Below, one piece after another: positions 1-10,513 of a stretch of DNA of 64,000 bases; position 1 is the stretch's first letter, and each line of letters opens with the position of its first letter. The notes under the pieces were generated by a model. That model was not told where the DNA came from. It saw nothing but the letters and a program-made list of their open reading frames with translations, and ran no database searches. Source of the DNA: Bigelowiella natans CCMP2755 (lineage: Eukaryota; Protista; Cercozoa); contig ADNK01000783.1 of the NCBI GenBank assembly GCA_000320545.1, forward strand, positions 10,734 through 74,733. Reading direction: 5' to 3'. The translations under genes and the position numbers were made by a program.

Positions 1-261
1 GAGAGGTAGGAAGGCTTGCCACACTGCGATGATAATGCTGCTGCACATGACAAGTGCGACGAACGAAACACGCAGAAGAAGATGTTCATCACAGCGGAAT
101 TGCCGCTCCTTGTATATGTGCTGGTGATATAATACTCTCTACTTCGCTCGTCTATTCGCTTAGGCTGCACGCTCCTTGCTGGCGCTTCTCGAGGGTAGGT
201 GTATCTTGAATATATATGAATAAATACATTTTTATAAAAAATATAATGTTTTAATATAACG

Positions 262-268
<7 letters not shown>

Positions 269-327
<59 letters not shown>
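269..327. repeat. Intronic (TA)n(TG)n microsatellite, representative of dozens in the window
   Basis: Similar dinucleotide runs at ~8873, 14772, 17196, 17993, 19935, 21047, 22898, 24598, 43998, 45682, 47456, 56615, 58643, 59565, 62966 and 63767-63926, plus many CAT/CAG/CTC/TAG trinucleotide runs in introns and exons. Confidence 0.97.
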
Positions 328-330
<3 letters not shown>

Positions 331-331
331 G

Positions 332-3300
332 ATATGATGTCAATTTGGAGCTGGCAAGCAAAATGATGGATATTCCTGAACACCCTCCTCCTCCTTCTCC
401 TCCTCCTCCTCCTCCTTCTTCTTCTTCTTCTTCTTCTTCTTCTTCTTCTTCATCTTCTTCCTCTGCTGTCACAGGATCTGTGGTAAATCAGCTCGCTGGC
501 CGATTGAGGAGCACTAATCCTCCTAGCAATAGCAGCCACAGTAGAAGTAGAGGAGGTGGTGGTAATATAGCGATGGCTTTGGATGATCAAGGGAGCATAG
601 AAAGGTTGAGAAGTAGGATCATGCGGTCCTCATCGTTGTCGCCGCAGTCATCACCCCCTTCTGCCTCCTCCTCCTCCTCCTCCTCCTCCTCCTCCTCTTT
701 GAGGCCAGCTACTCCTCCTCCTCCTTCGTTGCTTGACACCTACAGACTCGTGGGTGATGGGAAGCGCGTCGTATGGGAGCAGGCATGCCTCGAATCCCTG
801 CAGCCGTTGATCCGCGACAAAGCACACTCGTACTGGTTCTTAAGACCCGTCAACGAGACCGCAGATCGAGCGCCTCATTACTACAAGATCGTGCGGTATC
901 CCATGGACTTTGGCACTGTGCGTGCACGCCTTCAAAGCCAACGCTACAGTACATATCTGAGCTTCATCGCAGATGTCCGGCAGGTATTCCTCAACGCCAA
1001 GCTCTACAACCAAAGTCCAGACTCTCCAGTGAGGAGGGCTGCGGGGGTGCTGGAGGAACGATTCGAGAATGTCCTCCTCCCTCACATGCAGGCCTACATC
1101 ACAATTGCGGCCACAAGCGAACCACGTCGAATCGACAACGCGAGGAGCAGATCTAGCAGCTGTAGTAGTAGATACAGCAGCAGTGGCGTGGATAACAGAG
1201 GCACTGGTAGTAGTGGGGTAAATAAGGAAACAGGAGCCGCTGTATTGATGACAAACAGAGAGGCATCATCCACCGAACGAATACTCTCCTCCTCCTCCTC
1301 TTCCTCCTCCTCTCTCCTCCTCGAAGACCATCGCATGGTGTCGTTGAAGGAGCAGATCTCCCGGTGCAGCACTATGATAAAGCTGCTACTTACACATCCT
1401 CTTGCGTCTAAGGTATCAGAGTACATCCTACAGGCAAACGATCACGGGCTCCTCCAAGACGAAAAGTGCGCGTATTTCCTTCTCCCCCCCCCACGAACAG
1501 GACCAGAGGGGCGACGATCTGTAGTCGATAGTAAGGATGGATCAGGCATTGATACTCCTCCTCCTCCTCCACCTCCTCCTCCTACTGCTACTACTACTGC
1601 TACTACTACCAACACCAAAACTACAGCTACGTCCAACGAGACTGCTGCCACCGATGCTAGTATTAACACCACCACGGCACCATTATCATCGTCGTCGGTG
1701 TCATTATCTTCCGAATCGTTCTCTCGTCTGCATTTCTTTGAGAGAATGCGGCATTGTTTGCGACGGGTTGACGCGACGATAACGACGACAGGTGGTGGCG
1801 AGATGAGCTGTGATGATGACGATGTTCGGCGCCGTGCTGGCAAGCCTTCGGATGCTGCCTCTAAGCTCTCCTCCTCCTCCCCCTCTTCCTCGTCGTCGAC
1901 GTCGTTTTCAATCAGCGGATTTGCCAAGTGCCTGTCCACTGGAATCGCTGTTGGCCTTGATTCAGATCGTGCAGCAATTAGATCAGCGTGTCGCGATATG
2001 AAAAAGGCGGTCGATGAGGTGCTCGTGTCTGTGCTATGCGGTAGCAAGGTGCCTAAGCGCCTCTTCCACATGAATAACGGGCTCGTGGAGACGCGGTCCA
2101 AGCCAAAGTGGCAGCGTATGTGCAGCAGCACCTTGGTGGAGCTCCAACGCACGCCCTACTCTTCGTGGTTCATGGAACCGGTCGATCCTACACGCATCCA
2201 CGCGCCGAGGTACTTTGAGATCGTTTCCCAACCGATGGACTTCTCCACTATCTCCCAGCAACTGCAGAGAAACAAGTACAGCAGCCCGCTGGATTTCGTG
2301 CGCGACGTGAGACTGACCTTTGCAAATGCGCTCAAGTACAATCAAAGGGGGCCATGTCGCTCAGCAGCACTGCGCTTACAGCACATGTTTGAGAGGAAGC
2401 TGCTGCCCCCCATAACCAGTGTGCTGCTTGAGGCGGCAGTGAGGAAAAACATGTCGTTATCACCATCGTTGTCCGTCACAAATCGAACAGCAATGATAAT
2501 GTCGTTGTTGGAGCCTCAGCAGTCAGTTTTGTCCTCTTCTTCTTCCAACGATTCCTCTGCCTCTTCCTCCCTCTTTCCCGGTAGTAGCAGCCGAACTGGA
2601 GCAGGCAGAGGAAGCGACTCTTTGTTATGCGAGAGGGCGCCCAAAAGCACGCCGTTTTGTGCGAAGGACATGGCAGGGAGTACCGTGTCAGAAGTGAATT
2701 GTTCTTCGCTACTCGACAGCGTCGATTTCCTCTGGGAGCTATGCAACGAGGCGGCGATGAGACGTACTTCTCCGCGCACAAAAACGTACAGCGTGCCGCT
2801 CAATAGAGAATACATGCAGCACCGACTCCTTAACAGCGACGACGCGCACACGAAGGCCCTCAAGGTGACCCTGGATAGCACGGGCGAGATGCAAGGATTC
2901 CTTGTCTACACGCGCTCTATGGGGGTGATGCCGCACACGTTCGAGTGGGACTCCACCAGTTTTGCCAGCGGCATCACCAACCTCAATCGAGTCAATCGCA
3001 TTTTTGACACTACGGGAGACCTGGCCAACGAGCTGAAGAGGTCAGCGACAACGCTCAGAATCAGGCTGTACACCCGCTACCAAGTCGACCACTGGAGGGA
3101 CGTAGAGGTCTCCCCCTACAGGAGGAGGAAAACGACGACGGGGGGGGCGGGGGAGCAAACTGCAAGAGGCCACGACGGTAGTAGCAAGGATAATGATGCT
3201 TCTGAGAGAAGTGCCGACAACTATAAGGACGACAACTATTCCACTGCCACTACTAAGGAACCGTCGCTGAATCGTACGATGATTGCGACAAAGACTGAAA

Positions 3301-4502
3301 CTACAGCCAAGTCACCCTCTCCCACCCCTCCGTGTGTGTGGCTGAAGAACGGCACCAACGTAACGATAATTGATGTGCAAGGCACAGAGGCCTTGATCAG
3401 CAGCCCCGTGAGGGGCTGGATCTCTCTCTTCCAAGACACGGACGAGACGCGGGAGCGGCATCCAAAGGCTGTGGTGAAACAGCACGGTGACAAGGACCTC
3501 CAGAGAACCACATCGGAAGGAGACGGCCAGCAGCAGCAGCAACAACAACAACAGCTGCTGCAGCAACTGATCATTCCCAACAACGACACGGAATCTGGGT
3601 GCGGTACCACGTCGATCTACCCGCGTATCGCGGAGCTGTCGCTTCTCGGAGCGCTCGGATGTGGGCGGGTGCTGGTTGAGCATCTGGTTGATACGCTCGA
3701 GAAGGAGGGCAGGCACGACTGGCTCGCGCTCGAGGCTACCAAGAATGCTATCGTGTTCTACGAAAAGATGGGATTCGTTCACATTGGAGCAAAGGCATGC
3801 GCCAGCGACAATCCAAAGCTGCCCCCTATTCCCTACCGCCACCGTACCAACCGAATTGGAGACCTAGACGAGGCATCGTACATGATGGTGAGAAAGCTGC
3901 GCCCTCTCTCCCCGTGGCCCCCCCGCAAGACACTGCCAAATTCTAACCAGTTTGGTCGGTCAGGAGTGGGGCTATCGTACCGAACACGCTCGCAGCTGGT
4001 AACCCTGGAGATTCGGCGTATCGTCGTGCTGCTCAAACAAGCCCACAGCGTCGAGAAGACGTTGGAGGGTGGGAAGGCGACCTTTTGCGAGCTCCTCAAG
4101 CTTGCACAACGCAGCAGTGTCGCCATCTCCGTGCGGCACTTGGCACGCGATGTTGGGAAGGTTATCGAGCTATGGCAGAAGGGCTCAGAGGTGAGGTCTG
4201 AATTAGCGTTGAAAGAGGTGCTTAAACGTCTGGCTTCAAAGTCATCGACTAGCAGCGGCAGCGGCAGCAATGGCAATGGCAACGTGGGAGGGATCTACCT
4301 CAACGGCGGAAGGGTGCCGCCCCTGAATGCAGCTTCTGCACAAGCAAGCTACTCCAAGAGCAAAGGTAAAGGCAAGACTCTTTCATACCGGCGTTTGCCA
4401 ACCATCAATAGCCCCAGCTTTAGACGGACTCGACCTGTGATTCCGAAGGCTGCTTCGTTGGAAACCAAGGCCAAGGCTAGTAGCACTTCATCATCATCAT
4501 TT
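332..4502 (+). CDS. Double-bromodomain + GNAT acetyltransferase region (5' half of a giant chromatin protein; probably splices to 4698 and has further exons upstream)
   Basis: Bromodomain 1 (~774-1070: YWFLRPV..APHYYKIVRYPMDFGTV..DVRQVFLNAKLYN) and bromodomain 2 (~2105-2400: WFMEPVD..APRYFEIVSQPMDFSTI..DVRLTFANALKYN), both with the acetyl-lysine-binding Tyr-Asn. GNAT motifs at ~3615-3900 (IAELSLLGALGCGRVLV..LEATKNAIVFYEKMGF). The MCVCVC start of the listed ORF is an intronic (TG)n repeat; acceptor AG at 330-331; GTAAGT donor at 4503. Confidence 0.9.
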
Positions 4503-4697
4503 GTAAGTACAAGAAAGAAAAAGAAATAGGGGGGGGGGGGGGGGAGGGGAGGGGGAGAAAGCGAACATCTCCACGATCTGTACAAGCAATATATATTGTC
4601 GTTCTTGTAAATCTATGGACAGAACTATACTCCATACATAAATAACGTTGTTTTTGGTGATAATAGTGGTGCTGTTGTGGTTGTTTTTGGTCTACAG

Positions 4698-7600
4698 AAG
4701 AGTCAAAACCTCGCCAAAATGAAGGCTAAGATTCAGCAAAAATCATCTGCCTCATCGGCATCTTCATCTTTCCTCAAAAGAAGCGGTATAACTGGACGCC
4801 CAGTGAAAAAGACGCCATTTTCGTCGAAGCAACCACCCGCGCCATCTTTACCTACAGCAGGCTCAGGGGCAGGAAAGGCGTCGTTGTCATCGTCGTCAGC
4901 AAAGAGGCCACCGGTGGTAAAGCTGCCAGTGTTGGAAGATTGGATCATACTAAGTAGCGATCCTTCATCTACTAATACTAAAACAACAAACCGTAGCGAC
5001 GATAACAGCAACAATAGCAACAGCAACACTACTACAAGCAGCATCCGTGAGCCAGGATCGTCATCATCGTCGTCATCGTCGTCCAACAATGGCGGCCCTT
5101 GGCGTCGATATTACGGTCGTATATCGCGTCTTCCCGGAGTAACGGAGGGTACCATGTTCGATACGGGTCCCGCGAGACCTTTGTCCGCAGCAGCAGCGGC
5201 ATCAGCAATTGCGGCCTTAAGCGGCTGCGACATCGATTCTAGCGACAAGGCTGGTAGTAGCACTGGTGCTAAATTAAATCGCAATTGTGGGAGGAGCAGC
5301 AGCCTTTACTACTACTACAACAGAAGCGTAATCGAGCGTAAATATGGCCCTCACATCATTCTGGGACATGGTCTAAAGTACGTGTCTCTTCCAGACCCAG
5401 TGAATGAGGCAGCAGCAGAGGAAGGAGAAGGCAAGGTGGCGACCACAGCGCTGATTCATGGGAAGACAAATGGTAGCAGCTCCCAGAGAGCGGATGATAA
5501 TAAGGGCATTGAAGAGGAGCAACAACGTCTCTCCGAACGAATATCGTCTATGAGTGTGGCGGCAGCAGCAGCACGCAATGATAATAGCACCTCGTCATCG
5601 GCTGCTTCTTCTTCTGCCCATAGCGGTGGCCTCATCAGCAACAAGACATCTGCTGTTGGCAGTGGGGAGGAGGAGCATAGCGAGCTGAAAAAGAGGCTAC
5701 AAGGGCAACATGGATCTTATTCTCCCTCGCCTTCATTGCAGGCGATGCCCGTGCGCCGGCGGCGAGCATCATCGACGTCGTCACCGTCGTTCTTCTTCAA
5801 TTTATCACAGCCGGATGGCGTGATTACATTCTGGCATAGAAACCCCGACGACACCGTCGTTGGCCAGGCGTTGGACGTCAACGGTGTGCCAAACGGCACG
5901 ATCATAAGGACTCCGAGGGGCGTTGTGTTCAAGGAAAAGTTCTTCTACATTCCCGACGGCCGGATCTACAAGCTAGGACATCTAAAGCGGCAGAGGCGCC
6001 GCCGAAACAAGTATCCTATGCAGAAATGGTACGAGGATTTCTACCTCAAGATCAACAACAACAACAACGACGACGACGCCGACAACGACAAATTCGATGG
6101 CGGCCGGAGCAGGAACTACAGGAACCTTACCGTGCTGGACAACTGGCATCTTGTAAGCGCAAACAAGTATGCAGGTACTCTCAGTAGGCCGTTATTATCA
6201 TCGTCATCGTCGTCGGCGGATATGGCGATGGTGGCCAATGGCAACGTGAGCAGCAGCAAAGCTACTACAGCGGAGGACGAAGATTCTTCCTTTGCTACAT
6301 CCCATACCCAGCAAGAGGTTTCTGTGCTTTACAGAGAGGGGGACATTATATTTCTCAGCACTGGTAGTAGGCGTGCTGACGATGATGATGATGTAGATAG
6401 TGGTAGTGATAACAGCCGCAGCAATATCAGGATTCTCAGACTGGGCACCAAAGCGCCGCTATCATCCTCATCGTCATCGTCGTCGTCATGGAGAGCTCAC
6501 CGACAATCATCCCCTTCTTACTACCATCACCTACCTCGCCACTATCACCATCATCATCGTCATCACCAGCAACATCATCATCATCTTCACTCGAATCATC
6601 TCCTCTACAGCTCTTCCGCGGACGAGGACATGATGGACCCGGTAGTGATGCAGCAGTTATCGCGGCTCCCTATTCTGGAAAGCTGGATGCGGCTGAACGA
6701 CGGGACGCTGCTCGGAAAGGTCTTCAACAGACCGCCGCTGCGAAATGGCTCTGTAATCCAGACGGGTAGCGCCAAGGCGGTGCGGAGCTGCGTGCTCGTT
6801 GACAGCTTCGGAGAGAAGTACTTCCTCGGAAAGCCGCTAGATGTACACGTACTGGCCAATGGCGGAGTACTCGAGGAGAAAACGGTGCCATTGCTGGAGC
6901 ACTGGCTCTCGTTGCCAGACGGTACTTATGTAGGCCGCATCTATGGGCTGAACTCCATGCTGGATGAGCGTGTGGTGAAGACACCCGTAGTATACCACAT
7001 ATCCTCACCGTTCGGCTCAGAGCGGCCTATTATCGCTACCTCCGGGGGCGACCGATATCACTTGGGCACGCCGCTTCCGAGCCCCCCCACCTTGCTACCA
7101 GGTGATATGCCGCCAGCTTCAAATCCACAGGCGCACATGATGATGATGATGATGGATCATCATCATCATCATATTCAACATTCCAGCGGCGGCAGCCATC
7201 CAATGATGATGACGCCACAGACATCATCGACGTTGGTAACAGAATCATCGTTACCATCATCATCATCAGCGGCAGCAGCATCTATGCCATCATCGTCAGA
7301 AGCACCAGCAGCACCAGCAGGGGCAGCAATATCCTCTTCTTCGCCGAGAATAGTTCCTAACAACGCACAGCAGCAGTACCCTCCTTATACAGGAACTGCT
7401 GCCGTTTACTCCGATGCCGGACTTCCAGCACCGACGATCCTACACGACTGGGTAAAGATCCCAGATGGCACTCTGATGGGAAAGCTTCCGTCAGGAGAGG
7501 TAATTCGCACGGGCATGATAACGTCTGTAGACGAACGAGGAGGCATGGTGGCCACTGCTTCAGGACAATGTTACATATTGGGCGGCGGCCTTGGATCCTT

Positions 7601-7701
7601 GTATCACCAAAGACAAGCCATGATGATGATGATGATGCAGGGATCTGCTAGTGCAACCCAGCCAGCGGTGCCTTCAGGCTGGGGAGGTGTTGCTGCTGCT
7701 G

Positions 7702-7735
<34 letters not shown>

Positions 7736-8869
7736 GAGTTATTCTCCCTTCCCAGTGGCCAAAGCTTCTACGACTGAGCATCATAATCATCCTCACAACA
7801 TGGCCACAGCCGTTGGAAACGGTGTTGGGAAGGTCTTCCACTTTTTTGCAGCCTGGAAATCACTATCGTACCTGGGGGGACACGAACAGCAACAGCAATG
7901 ACTACAGCAGCAGTAGCTGCGAGTCGCACTGCTCCTGCCGTCTCAACACAGAAAAATCAGTTATTTCCATCAGAGTCGCAAGCACCATCATACAAAATAA
8001 GGCTCGAGAACTGGCATTTTCCAGCAGAGGGCGATACGACACAGGTTGTAGGGAACGTGTACGGGGAGCAGAGCATACCTGACGGATCTCTTGTACGCAT
8101 CAGTAATCTCACAGTGCTGCAAGGTCTTGGCGGAAGAAATGAAATTAGTCAACAGCAGCACCATAATCCCCCCACCATCCCAACCGTTGCCCATGGCTCA
8201 GATGGGTCGAGGTACGAACTGGGTCAGCCAGCCCCCCCCCCAGCTCTACTGCAGCATTGGAGCTGTTTGGAGTCCGGTCAGTACCAAGGTCGTGTGTTCG
8301 GTCGCTCTGACACGAAAAACAACAGCCTGTTAACCACAGCGCGTGTGGTAATTGAGAATAACCGGCACATCACTACCTCCACAGGCCATCGCTATCTTTT
8401 AGGAGATCCTGAAGTAGCAGCAGCAGCAGCACCATCTACGGCAAGTGGGGGGGGGGCAGCAGTGGCATTTACAAACAACGTGTCTGCTCCTGATTATGCT
8501 GCAGTAGCAGTCGAGGAGCCTGTGATCAATACAACCGAGAAAGGTCCCAGTCCCCTGCTACCACTCTCGTCATCGTCCGCCGCTAAGGGTGTTGAAGACA
8601 GAGATGACTTGGCTCACGGAGATCGTGGTACTGGGGGAGGTACGGAGAGGAAAGAGGATGGTGATCATGATCATCGCCACAAGAATTATCCTATTCTAGA
8701 TCAATGGCTAATGCTGCCGGACAGTAGGTAGTAGTGCTCGTGTGTGTACACTGACGTTGTTGGCTGCGGATATCATGCTGATAGTTTGATGAACAGCGGT
8801 AGTGGTCACCGTTGGCAGATGCTGGCCCTCAATATTTCTGTGAACGAATGCTCCTTTGTGTTATGAATG

Positions 8870-8905
<36 letters not shown>

Positions 8906-9720
8906 CGTGTGTGTACAGTTGTAGGATGTGGAGTAGAGTAGAGAGCGTAGTTGATGTTTATACTTTTCCTCTCCTCTGTGAAATTCTTCTTCCTCTTCCT
9001 CTGCTTCTTCTCCCTCCTTATTCGTAACCGTCATTATTTATTTATCTACCCCCCTGTTTTGTAATTGTGAATCGTGGAAGGTACGTCGGGCGTGTCTACG
9101 GAGGTTCTATGAAGAATGGAACAGCCCTTAGGTGCTATGTTAGATATGTCAAACAACATAAGATTTTCGACTACTCTCCAGAGAAGAAACACCGACGATT
9201 TTTGTTCCACGAGGCCGAAACCTCGAGGAGCAAAGCAAACAAAGATCGTTTGTAGTTTCGTTCCCCTTTTATGTAGTCCTTCCCACTCTCACATGCTTTA
9301 GCAGTTTTCGCGGGCTTGAAAGGGGGGAAGGGCTCTGTTTGTTGTTGCTGCTAGTAATGAGGATTGTAATATCGTACCATCATCACTGATTGAGAGCGCC
9401 ATTCTCCTTCAACACCAACAGGACCAGCCGTGTACTGTGGACCTCTGGGGATGTAATTCACACGACGAAGGTGTCGTGTAAAAACGGAAGAAAAGACGCT
9501 ACAAAAAAAGAGAGCACGATCACGTTCTATCGATTCTAATCATTCTCATATGATTTTCCCTACCTTTCTACTGTACCCTTGGCCCAACGCTGTTATTTTC
9601 CGGCTGCTTTTGTATCCAAAATGCTGTCACACAAATTTACGTTGTTTTCGATTATGATACGATGCGCAGGGAAACGTTTATATGCTGGGCAATCCTCAGG
9701 ATGGATTGAATGCGCCGTAG
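4698..9720 (+). CDS. Low-complexity region with nine tandem ~50-aa SANTA-like beta repeats (3' half of the same giant gene)
   Basis: Repeated motif L-x-x-W..G..G....G..(I/V).T.....T.(S/D)G..Y.LG at about 4923, 5823, 6125, 6666, 6885, 7434, 7997, 8245 and 8686. The last repeat is completed only by canonical GT-AG splicing of exons ending 8727, 9081-9131, 9422-9470 and 9670-9720 (ILDQWLMLPDSR|YVGRVYGGSMKNGTALR|TSRVLWTSGDVIHTTK|GNVYMLGNP..stop). A frame change near 7820-7900 needs a short intron or an indel. Confidence 0.8.
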
Positions 9721-10513
9721 CGTTTGCAGTAGCAGCACGAAAAACAGATTAGACGTTTGTAAATATACTACAATTTAAAGGAGTTCCTATTTCACAAAAC
9801 GGCTTCTTCCCTCAAGGTATACAGAAAGATTTGGTAAACTGTGAAGCAAGTTTTGAATGGGACAAAATGAAACATGAAAATTTAAAATTGATGATTCCAA
9901 TAATAATAAATGCTCATTGCATGTATGTATTTTCATGTGTTGTTAGATTTGCTGCAGCAGCTACATGATAGCATGACATAACTTTATTTGTAAAGAAGCT
10001 CTGTGTGTCATTGCACATGCTGCATGGTAATACTTTGCATTGATGAGCCAACGTGATCGAGCTAGTAGTGCAGCGTGAGCGGATGTTATGTATAGCAGAT
10101 GCAAGCACGCTAGCTACGACTGTATTTGCTGCATATAATATGTTTCATGTGCATCGCATGCTAGCATGTGCTATCTAGCTATGCATGTATCGTAATTACT
10201 ACAAATATAGACGATATCTGGGCATTCCGTATCGTTTGTAGAATACTTGTCGGATATGGTGGTTGCATCGTACATGCTAGCTAGCTAGCATGGATGCTTT
10301 AGTAACTTAAATGGTGGGGATCGAGACTCGATGAGGTTGTTGTACTACATACTCTTGGTACATTTCGAGACTTGGATCTTTAACTGAAATCCCAAGCACA
10401 CATGCACGCACATGAAGATGAACTTGCGTCTTGTCTCCGCTGTACTAACTAAAGGCCTTATTACACGCGACTACCTACGAGAATTTTCATCTGATATCAC
10501 CGTCCGCCACTGC

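Noticed and set aside
251-472. Many listed ORFs with CVCVCV, THTHTH, YIYIYI, LSLSLS or poly-residue runs
   Set aside because: They are translations of intronic microsatellites or antisense shadows of real exons.
7833-7851. 19-nt GT..AG segment resembling a nucleomorph-type ultrasmall intron
   Set aside because: Removing it leads into the wrong frame, not the one encoding repeats 7-9.
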